DNA of 64,000 bases from Octopus bimaculoides (Eukaryota), in the NCBI RefSeq assembly GCF_001194135.2, contig NC_068982.1, positions 149,771,620 through 149,835,619 of the forward strand. Direction: 5' to 3'. The notes under the pieces are model-generated. The model made no database searches. It was not told where the DNA came from and saw nothing but the letters and a program-made list of their open reading frames with translations. A program made the translations under genes and the position numbers. Shown here one piece after another: positions 38,453-50,100 of this stretch (within the stretch, counting starts at the first letter, position 1; every line of letters starts with the position of its first letter).

Positions 38453-41151
38453 ATTCTGTCTCTTCAAATGACAAGATTCAGAAAGCAAGTACCTGGCACA
38501 ACAATCCAGGACTAGGGTGGCAAACAAGCAACGATTTACTTGTTGAAAAAAGGAATAAGGAGGTTTGGCCTTCAACCAGAAACAAATACTGGAACAGAAC
38601 CTCTCCTTTTGGAGGTAATTATGGTTCCGTTAGTTCAGGATCTGTGATATCTAGCTCAAGCTACCAAAACCAAGGTCTTGAGACCAGTCAGGGATCAAGT
38701 GCCATGCAAGGTCAAAGTGCTTCCGCGTGGAGCTCAAATCCCAATTATAATGGACTTGAAAGACACACTTGGAATGCTGGGAGCATCTCTAATAGTTCTG
38801 CTGCCAATCTCAACAATGCAGGATGGGGTACCCTACCTCACAGTCTTTCGATGAATAGCCAAGGCCATAATATGCAACTTCGCTCTGGTTCTGCTGGAAA
38901 TGATGGTAGTTCCATGAATTCTTTTGCTACAAGTAACATCCCCAGTATGGCATGGGGAGGACCTGCTTCTCAGGGTGGTGGCGGTGGTAATAGTGGTGGT
39001 GCTGGTGGCGGCGGAATGGGTCGTCCACCAAACACAGCCATACAGCTGATGCAACATAGTTCTGGCACAGGAGACATGAACAGTCACAACAGATCTGTAC
39101 CTAATAATGGTGCTTCACTCAGTACAAGTGAACCTCAGGGTGGCTGCCAGTCAAGAGGACATGGTGGCAATCAGTTATTGTGGCAGGGTGTTAACCAGAC
39201 TATCATGCCACCACCAGCTATTTCTTCACTTCGTGGTACTGGTTGCAGTGAACCCAGCTGGAATAGTGTTAATAATCAGAATAATCGACCATTAATGATA
39301 AACAATCAGGGAGATGGGTCTTTGACAGACAAACAGAGTGATAACACATGTCAGCAGAATTCTGGAGAGACCTCCACCAACTGGAGTGTGTTGTCGAGTG
39401 CCAATAGTGGGAATACAAAGAAAAACCCCAACAACTGGGACCGTGCTGTTTCACCTGCCACTAGTGTCAGTTCAGATTGGAGTAGTAACACTGGACAACG
39501 CAGCATCAGCCAACCACCAGTAAGTGGTAACCAGTGGAACAGCAACACACCTAACAGTAACAATAGCAATAGCAACAATACCACCAACCACCAAGGAGTA
39601 GGAGGAGGAGGTTCTTCATCATCTTCGTCATCTTCATCTTCATCGTCAAATCCACCCAAATCGCAGCCCAGTACATGGGCACAAGCTGCTGGAAAGGGAC
39701 TCAATATTTCTTCCACTCCAAATTCCACTAGTGGAAATTCTACTGCTGGAAATAATGGATCTCGGTCATCCATCTCTTCTCAACGAGATGAGATAAAACG
39801 GCTCATTGAAAGCAACGAAGGCTGGGGATCACGACCAATCAGGCAAGACAATACCTGGGTCGTGCAATTCTCGCCCAAATCTAAGCGAAAATTTGAAGAG
39901 GAATCAAATGTGTGGAATAATGGCAGCACAAATGGAACTGCTGTTTGGGAAGCAACTAAAGATGGTACTGCAATCTGGTATGGTACTGCTGGCAGACCTG
40001 GTGTGTCAGGGTTTCATCATGAATCAGACAATACAAATACCTGGGGTGATAAATCCAATAAAACCAGCTCAGGTGCTATAGGTAATGCTAGCGTTGGCAA
40101 CACTGCTAGCAATAACCCTGTCCGGTGTAGTAGTGCAGGCAGTAGTGGGAGTGGAATTGGGAGTAATCCTGTGGGGAGTAACAATAATATTACTATTAGT
40201 GGAGGAGCAAGCAATAGCAACATCATCCTTAGCAGCAGCAGTAGCAACAATAATAGCGGCAACAACAGTAGTTGCAGTAATAATGCCCAGGGTAATAACA
40301 ATGTTGCCAATAATAGTAGCAGCAGCATTATGGGAAGCATTCCTATTCGTAACAATGGCAACAACCAATCTACTGGACCACAACCAAACATTGGCAGCAA
40401 CAACAGTGATAAGAATGTTGGGATGTGGAGTAGCAGCAATGGCGGACCTGGGAGTGTTGGTGGCGGCAGTGGTAGCAGCAGTAATGCAAGTGGAGGAGGC
40501 AGCAGCTCTGGCAGCAGTACAGGAGGAGGTGTTGCAAATAGCGTAAGTGGAACAGGAAATGTGCAGCCTAAAAACTGGAACAAGACTGAAACAGGGTCCT
40601 GGAATGCAACTCATACTGCAAGCACCAATAATGGCAATATCAATGCTGGTATTAACAAAGGGCCAAAATCTTTCGGCCACTCAAACAGTGGCTGGGAAGA
40701 ACCATCTCCACCCTCCCAAAGACGACATATTGATGTTGACAATGGTACATCGTATTGGGGAGATCCAGCACATCAACCTCAACCTCAGAATTGGAACAAT
40801 CTTCCTAACTTATCTAACCCTCAGCAACCTCAACATCTCCAACAACAGCAACTTCACCACCAACAACAACAACAGCAGCAGCAACAACAACAACCACAAC
40901 AACATCAACAGCAACAACAGCAGCAGCAACAGCAGCAACAACAACAGCAACAACTACAACAACAACAACAACAACAACAGCAGCAGCAGCAACAACAGCA
41001 ACAACAGCAACAGCAAAGACAGAAAGATGACAACCAGTGGAATAAAGGACTTCCTCAAAAGCAAGCAAGTTCTGGCTGGGGCGATCCCGCACCTCCAAAA
41101 CCACAAGCTGATGATGGCACAAGTATTTGGGCCACAAGTGCTCAACAACAG
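38453..41151 (+). CDS. TNRC6: GW182 large exon (2699 nt): N-terminal GW-repeat Argonaute-binding region with polyQ
   Basis: Acceptor ttatttttacag at 38441-38452; donor cag|gtcagt at 41152; open frame rich in G/S/N/W; motif I at 39811-39858 and motif II at 40687-40767. Confidence 0.95.
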
Positions 41152-44100
41152 GTCAGTGGAGTTTTATATTATTTTCTGTTTTTAACTTTTGTGGGGTTTT
41201 TTTGTACATTCATTTGTCTCTTCTATTGCAACCATTACTTATTAACTACAGCCTATTTCAATCGTTTGACTTATTGTATACTGAAGAGTGTGAAGTAAAT
41301 GAGAACTGTTTGGATGTAATTATATAACACCTGTAATGAGTATTACTACTATGTATAATTTCTTTATAAAGTCAAAAATTAATTTTTGTCTAGTAAAGAT
41401 TAAGCCTTTTTTGCTGTCAATATTTCTAGTTTTCTTCCAAGACTTGCACTACTCTCTCATGACATGAACTTTTCTCTCAAAACATGCACTTCTCTCAAAA
41501 TGTGCATTTCTCTATCAAAATATGCTCTTATCTGTCAAGACATGTACATCAGAGTGAAGCCGAAAGGCATGCATGTCTCTTTGTCAGTCCAAGTCTTGTA
41601 TATCTGTGTATCAAGTTCATTCTCTACATTCATGTGTCTAGATTTTAGTTGTAGTTTTATGTTCAGTTGAGGTTAAGTCATGATTTTATTAGTTCTTCCA
41701 TGTTAACTTTAGTTTAATTGTGCCTCTGTATTAAAAAAATGACTTCAGTTACATTTTTATGTAGTAGCATTGTCTGGCAGATTATTCTTTTCTTATCCAA
41801 AGTTTTCTTCAAAAATATTGCAAGGAAAACTATTCAAAACTCATTAGAACCAAATGAATGGGTTGATATACCTAATTTATTTAATCAAATGTTGTTAGGA
41901 TCTGAGCAGTTAAAAGAAGATAATTAATTTTCAAACATCATTTTCATTACCATCATTACCAACTTAACATTGTCTTTTCCCATCTACACATAATGGCCTG
42001 ACTCAACTAAAATATATGAAATGCATTACTTGACATAGAAGTACACACCAATTTTCAAGGGTGGTATCTAAAAGAAAGCTGTTTTAAAATAAAAAGAGAA
42101 AAAACATCAGTTATATAAGTAAAAAATGTTCATTGAACATGTCAGTATAGGAAAATAGTTATTAAATTGATAATGTAAAAGTAATGACAGGTGTGTGTGC
42201 ACATGTGTATGGTAACTATAATGTAGATTTTCAAAATAAAACTTACTAACTCACATTTCTCAAATGAAGTAGGTTATCTTTTTTAATTTTTGTTGTGAAT
42301 TTCTCTTTAAATGTCATAATTATTTTTATAAAAAATTTGATAACTTGTAACATTTATTTATCCAGTGTATATCTGTTGTACTAATATGTGTTCTTTTTAT
42401 AGGATTAATTTCTCTTTTTTGTTGTACCTGTAAATATATATATATATATGTGTGTGTGCTATTTAACCATTTCAGATTGAACTGTTTATGATTCAACATA
42501 TTGCAGTTACTTCTATTCTTACACATCACTTAACTGTTTTGTGAATGTGAGGTTTTGAAAGCACTTACGTTTTTGAGATGCATGAAAGTGCACAAATGTC
42601 CAAATTTGAAATCTGGACACTTCAGTCATTTTGAATTGGATTGCTATTTCAGGTTTATCTGCTAAATATGTAAGCAGTAACATTCAATGACAAAAGGGTT
42701 CAAAAGTTTCCCACAAAATAAAAAGATCTTAATCTTCCAAAATTGGAGGGCAAATCTTTTCTTTACTTTTGGATTGAAAACTTTTTATACTTTGTCAGAA
42801 TATTTTGAATGAAAGAAAGTAAATCCCTGATGATCAGTCAACCATAAGATTTCAAACTTAATAATAATTCACCAAATTTCACTGCTCAGTGAATGAAAAT
42901 TCTGTCAAACCAATTTCATTACTTTATGATACTGTTAGAAAAGAGCTCTATTGAACTGATAATTGCAGGTTATTTCAACTCTAATTTGTAGGCAAAATCT
43001 AATGGTTGGGATACCGGTGGCACACAATGGGGGGCTGCAGCTATGGCTTCCAAATATAGACCAGCACCTAACTGGCATGATAATGACATAAATTCTTGGA
43101 ATCCTCAAAGAAAGGTGAGTTAGAAGGCTTTTGGAAACAGATATTTCAATCTACCAAAGAGACTGGCTTCTTTAAGACAATAAACCTGTATATGCTGACG
43201 TGTACATATATGTTAGGCCTTCTCATGTCTATCACATCAACAAACTTAAACCACATTTATAGTTTTATTGGCTTTGAATATTTTCATCAACATTTCAGAA
43301 GTTAGTTTAGCGGATGTTTCTGTTGGGGTTGGTTATTGTAGTAAAATAAATAGGTTTTTAAAAAATTTGGAAAACAATTTGCAGATTTTTCTTCTGAGCA
43401 TTTTTGTTTAATTTCTTCAATTAAATAAAAAATATTTTTTGTCCTTCCCTTTTATTATTCTTTTTTTTATTACTTTGAATACAGTAATAATTATTATAAA
43501 TATTATTAGTTTTGTAATTGTTAATAAAAGAAATCATCTTTTTTGTAAGCTGTAAGAATAAATGTGTAATCACATTCAAAATGGCTGGTAAATATGGTGA
43601 TTATCTGAATGTGTTATTTTCAATTACTGTTATCATGCATTTTGCTGATTGTGACAATACTCTTTGTTATGTAATATTGTTGACACAACCAAAATCTTGA
43701 TATCTTTTAGATTATATTTGTTTTGTTTTGTTTTTTAAAATCCCTTTAAAAGATACACTGTATCAAAATAGTAATTTGTAAACAAATAGTTATAAGACAT
43801 TTTATAAATATATAGCTATATTATATATGTAAAGTTTTGCCAATCATTTTACTAGGACTTTAAATTATTTTGTTATAAATTTTTTCTTTTGGACATTTTT
43901 GTTCTAAATTGTTAAAGTAGTAGCAGAATTATTAAAATTTTTTAAAATTTACATTTCCAGATAATATTGTTATACTTTGGGAGGGTTGTATTGATCAAAA
44001 TTCTTCCAAAACAAATTAAAAACTGAAATTTCTGGCTTTTGTTGCAATATTTTTGTTATCATAAGTTTTATAGTTACATAAATTTAATGAAACAGTTTTC

Positions 44101-47100
44101 AAATTTTACAGAAAATTTGTTCATGCTTTCATTTTTTTTTTATTATTTTCTAAAGTTTTAATTATTTAGATAAAAGAATAATGTTTATATTTTTGAAATA
44201 AATTATTATTTAAGGACTATCTTTTTATCTGACTTATAGCTCCATTTTATGTATTTATATCTACCATTATTTCTCTTGATTTCTTTCTAATCACTTTCCA
44301 GTTTCTCCTCTCTACATTAAAATCATATTTTCAAATGAGTTATATCATTTATTGATTGTTGCAACTGTGTAATGTCAGGTATTATGACTACTCCATAATG
44401 TCAGTGTGAAAAGTATGGCATGACAACTGAATAGTAACAGTATTATGAAAACAATAGTATGTGACAAGGAAGCTGCAATCTTGAGACAATTGAGGAGGGT
44501 GACAACTGACTTGTAGCACTGTGAAGACTATACAGTGTGATGACTGGGTGGTAGCTCCATGAGGGCAATTATTTAGAGTGACAGCTGAGTAGTAGCACAG
44601 AAAATAGAGAAGTGGAATGTGGAAACTATTTATTGGAATGGGTAGACTGAGTAGTTGTGTATAAACAGTGGAGTAAAATGTGACAACTGAATAACACTGG
44701 AGACAATGGAGTGAAATATGATGAGTAAGTTGTAGGATTGAAGACAATGGAGGGTGGTGACTGAGTAGTAACACTGAATACAATGAAGTAGAGTATGATG
44801 ACTGAGTAATAACACTGACGACAATGGAGTGTAATTTGTCTGATTTGTAACACTGAAGATAATGGGGTTGATTGTAATGAATATATAGGAACATTGAAGA
44901 CAGTAGAGTAGAATGTAATGGTTGAGTAGTAACACTGTGATGACAGTGGATTTTAATATGAAGATTTACAACGGTGTTGTCTAGAAAATAGTTTAGCATA
45001 CATTGTATAGTGTTTATTGAAGACTGATACGATTGAGTTGTGTGGTAGGTAAAAGAATAGAAATTACTGACTAAATTATACACCATGTGTCATTTGCTTG
45101 CTCTAATTAGAACTGTATCGCATGAGGAAAAGAAAGACTTCCAAATATTTGGGGGCAAATAAAAGGGAAGTTTTTTCACAAAATATTTGCTTCCTTAAAA
45201 TTGTTTTACTTCTACTTAGAATTCCTTGGCACATTTATATATCATTGACACTTGAATGATCTTCACTGTTTGTGCTGGAAGACATTCTCAGAAATGAAGG
45301 CAGTGGACATCTAGTGTGTTTCATCATATGTTAAAACTCAGTGCATATTTGTGCCTACTATGTCTTGTTAATAAGCAGCTTTCATATAAGGTTAGTAATT
45401 AGTACATAATAGAACACAAACAAGATAAATCTACATGTAAATTAGTATTAAAAAAAGAAGACTTAAAATTCTATAAAATGTCATTTTTTTCTTGTAGGAA
45501 AGTTGCATTCATTGAAAACATTTCTTTCACATTAAAAAGAAAGGCTTTCTCATCTTACAAATGACTTGTAATCTATGAGTAATTATAAAACTGAATTGAA
45601 ATTACCTTCATTCGGTTTTTTATTTCAATTCTAACTTGTAACCACTGATATATGATAATGGAAAATGTACATCACATTTAACGTCCGTTTTCCATGCTAG
45701 CATGGGTTGGATGATTTGACTGGGGACTGGCGATCCAGATGGCTACACCAGACTCCAATCTGATCTGGCAGTTTCTACAGCTGGATGCCCTTCCTAACGC
45801 CAACCACTCTGAGAGTGTAGTGGGTGCTTTTTACGTGCCACCGGCACGCAGGCCAGTAAGGCAAAGCTGGAAACGATCGCGCTCAAATGGGGCTTTTTAT
45901 GTGCCACTGGCACGGAATCAAGACCACTGCTCTGGCAGTGATCCCACTTGGATGGTGCTGTTAGCACTCCCAAAATATAAAATACCTTTCCAATAACTAT
46001 TGCGTAGTCTTGTTTCTTCTTTAGTCTTCAGAAACTTGAAATGAAACTTTTCTTGTCAGTGCTGGTACCATGTGAAAATCACCCAGTACACTCTGTAAAG
46101 TGTTTGGCATTATAAAGGGCATCCAGCTGTAGAAACCATGCCAGATCAGACAATGGAGCATGATGCAGCCTTACCAGCTCCTATTAAACCATCCAATCCC
46201 TGCCAGCATAAACGTTAAATGACGATGAAGCTACATGCTTCTACAACTCTAGGATTGACTACTCTCTATAAATTTGTTATCATGAAAATCAAGTGTTGAT
46301 TGCTTATAAGGTCATTTTTCTAAATCTTCTAGAGAAATGAAATATTTAAATATTAAGTAAACTTATTTATTGTTTCCAACTCCAGTACTGTAAGCTTTGA
46401 AACGGCATGAGAAACTATTAGCAAAAACAAGAAGAGTCATAAGATCTTAATCTGTTGAGAATGCCTTTGAATGAGATGCCCCTGTTCTTTGGGATATTCA
46501 AGCACTACACACACATATATATATATATACACACCTTGTTTGTTAACACATTTGACTGTGGCCATGTTGGGGCACCACCTTGAAGAATTTTTAGTCAAAC
46601 GAATTGATCCCAGTACTTATTTTAAGCTAAGTACTTATTCTATTGGTCACTTTTTACCAAACCACTAAGTTATGGAGGGGCAGTAATACACCAATGCTGG
46701 TTACCAAATTGTGGAAAACAAGAAGCATTACTATTTTTAAAAAATGAATAGGTAAAAAGAGATTTTGGTGTCCTAGCAGAGCTACAAATATCTAAGTAAC
46801 TACAATTCTTTAATTTAAATTCAAAAGTTACTGATTATAGATTTTTTTTGTTTTTACTTGACACTTGGTGAGTAAGTTATTTAGTAAATTCTAGCTCTAT
46901 TACCATACATTTCCTTGAACTGTTAGGCTCAATCATACTATGTTATTTACTTAATTAGCTGGAAAATATGTATCACTCATATTTTTGCTAAGAAATTCAT
47001 ATCTAGAAGGGCATCTAGCTTTTAGAAATTTTCTTTGCTAGTTCATTTTCCACTCTCCAAATGTTCAACAATATAAATTGCTATTAAATTTTTGAAGTCT

Positions 47101-50100
47101 AAAAATATAATCTATGCTGTCAGATGTCATGTATTGCTTGCCGTTCAATGATAATCTTATTAAACTAACATGTTTTCATTAACAACATAACTCTTTCATT
47201 TCTAAGAGCCTGGGAAGACTATAAATCTTGTCTTGTTCCCTCCTTCTATTTTTCTCTTTTTTTCTCTCTCAACATCATCTTTAACTTCATTTTTTACTGC
47301 TGTGTGTATTTTTTTGTTTAATCATGGTAAATTTAAATTGTTAGAATAGTTTCCCCCAAAAAGGATTATGTTTAATTTACATTTTTCATTATGTCCACTT
47401 AGAAATGCTGATATATTGCTATTACTTCTTCCTTTTCCATATTAAGTTGTTGGCCTCAGACATTAAACATTCTGAGTATGATTCTCTACAACAGGGTTGG
47501 AATGAAGATAGCAGTATAGGTAATCCTAATGTTGATACTGCTTGGCATGATGCTGACATGGGCACATGGAATGAGGGACCTCAGGAAAATAGTTCATGGA
47601 GTAGTGCTCCCGGTTGGAAAGGCAAACGGAATAATTTCAAGGTAAGCAATTTCAAGTAGAGAGTGCTTAATACATTGTAAATATATTAGCTGAAAGCTGA
47701 GGCCCTAGACAATTAGTCCAAAAAGTTAAATGTTTTTGAACCTTGTGAGAGAATTTTGCTCTTAATATTATTACTATCTTAAAAGTTCAGATAAAATTAG
47801 AAAAATTATTTTTTGTCATCAGCAGTACCATTTATCATCTGTTTTCTGTGCTAGCATGGGTCAAGCCTTTCAACAGGAGCCAGCGATCCAAAGGTTTGTG
47901 CCAATCTCTAATGTCTGCTTTGACATGGTTTCTATGGCTGGATGCCCTTCCTAATGCCATAAATATTTACTAAAGTGAAAAAATCAAATTCTAAGCACTT
48001 AAAATATTTGAATTAATAAGAGTATGTTAACCTGAAAAAAGTTGATGTAAAAAGAAAATAAAAATAGGAAAAGCTGCATATTTTCCAATATATTACAGTA
48101 CCTACTTTTACCACATATCTCTGAATTCTTGTGAAATGAAAAGCTTAATTAGCACTGGTAAAATTTGAAATGAAAGCTAAACTATTGAATCATGCTTCAT
48201 TGGCTTATGATTGAGGCAGCAAAATTTGATTAATCAAAATAGTAAAGAAGAAAAAAGCTAGTCTAATAGTTTAGAAATTATATTTATTGTCTTGTTTTGA
48301 GGAAAGAAGTGAATGTATCAGTAGCCTTAGCAAGACCTCCAAGGCTAGTGAGATTGATGCCATTAACATTCTGCCTGAACTATTGCAAAAAAAAAAATAA
48401 TAAAATGTGTGAGTAAGGACTGACGTGACATTCTGAAGAGAAAGACATGCTAAAGTGGTTATTTCAAGGCCGGGGAAGTAAGACAGAATATGGGTGACAA
48501 ATGGTGGAGATATGAGTGAGTCAGAGCTGCCTGAGTGGAAATGGCACCTTGCTCTCAAGGAGCAGATTCTAGTGTAGAAATAGTTGTAAATACAGAGAAA
48601 AGAGGTAGCACATTTGTGGTTCAGTATGGAGTGTGATTGTGATTCCATGCCAATCACTCAAGTAATATTTATTTGGATGCAGTCTAAGATGTGTCTGTGT
48701 GTGTGCACATGTGTATGTTGCTGCTGCAGCAGTAGCATCAATATCTTGGGTGTAAGAGCAATGCTCCATTGTGGTGTCATCTGAAATTTGTGGAAGATTA
48801 GTTGTTATTTGTTGCTGATATATTTTCTAGCTCTGCAGAGGATGACCAGTCTTTGTTTTGTAGCTCTTTTATACATGGAGCAGTTACTTTTACTACACGA
48901 TACCTTTTGCACTGCTAGCCACTAAAACATTAAATAATGTTTTGTGGATTAAGATTTGATAAACTCATTTACATAGACATAGTTTTCATGAACATCCATG
49001 TAGATGCAAACAAACACTGGTTATTTGGTTATAATTCAAAGCTAAATTTTCTTTCTCAATTACAATTAAATATTGTAGGGCAGAAATAATAATGTTTCAT
49101 TTTTACAGGGTGCTAACAAGTTTCCCGGTGGTGGTAGCCAAGCTCCTCTCATGAGAGTGAAGCTTTTGCAGCAACTCACTGACATGGGTTTCAAGGTAAG
49201 CTTTCATTAAACTATTTTGTTAAAGGAATATCTGAAGCTAGCTCTCATAGACCAGCTAAATATTTTCCTTATTATCAATCTTACAGAGTATTTAAGGATT
49301 GTTGATTGACTGAGTTTAAAAAAAAAAAGTTAACTTTCCCTCCCCTTAATTTTATGCATTTTTCATGTCTCTCTGTATGGAGGACCAAATATATGATTTA
49401 TCAGCAGTTATTGAAGTTGTGTGTGGTTCATTGGATACTGTGTGTTAGCTTGAAAGTTTAATTCACAAACTAAAAGTGCAACCTTTTTTTTCCTTAATTT
49501 TTCTCTTCCAAAAATGTATTGCATTGCAGTTTTATTTCCCTACTGTTCCCCTTTCCAACCTTGTTATTTCTTGTTGATTTCTTTTGTTTCTGTTAACTTC
49601 TACTTTCTATAAACCAGTTTTTTTTATGTATTGCCTCTTTGTATTACTCTCAATGCTTTGGACCCTTGTAAATAAAAGAAACTTATTATTATAGAGAGAT
49701 GATGCCCAAACTGCCCTGATCAGCCATAACATGAACTATGATAATGCCCTCGGTAAGACTAAATCAAATATTGATTTTCTATTAATTTATGACCTATTAA
49801 TATAAATAATATGAAGATTACATAGATATACAGATAGTTAACAAGAGCATTTTGGTCTCAAAATTTGTAATATATGACTATAAAATTGGTTTTAAATGAG
49901 ATATCAAAACATATATACTTCAAAACAATACATTCACTGGGAATATATCAACTACAGATAGTACAAAGTATTTCCATGAGTAAATCATTATATGTTCTAA
50001 GTTTCCTATTTATTGGGATATTTTTTACTTCACCAACAGCTAGTCAGTTAAAAAGAAAAGAAACTCATTTTAAGTACTAAGAAATACAATGCTTGTAATT

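Noticed and set aside
39139-40275. Cysteines in G/S/N context as decayed or editable tryptophan motifs
   Set aside because: A-to-I editing cannot convert TGT/TGC to TGG, and without an alignment there is no evidence these positions were ever W.
39520-40548. Internal GTAAGT hexamers at 39520 and 40543 as alternative donors
   Set aside because: They arise from Val-Ser codons with weak exon-side context (cca|, agc|), and nothing else supports them.
39351-41185. Long antisense and shifted-frame ORFs over the large GW182 exon (poly-L, poly-V/A, poly-N)
   Set aside because: They are shadows of the low-complexity S/N/G/Q coding sequence, have no domain features, and need no separate gene.
42969-42991. 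Upstream acceptor ttgcag for the 42992 exon
   Set aside because: It shifts the frame by 23 nt and leads to a stop; the 42992 acceptor gives the GW-containing frame.
44405-45040. Regularly spaced repeats considered as a CRISPR array
   Set aside because: The units are degenerate and contiguous with no unique spacers, there are no cas genes, and the context is a eukaryotic intron.
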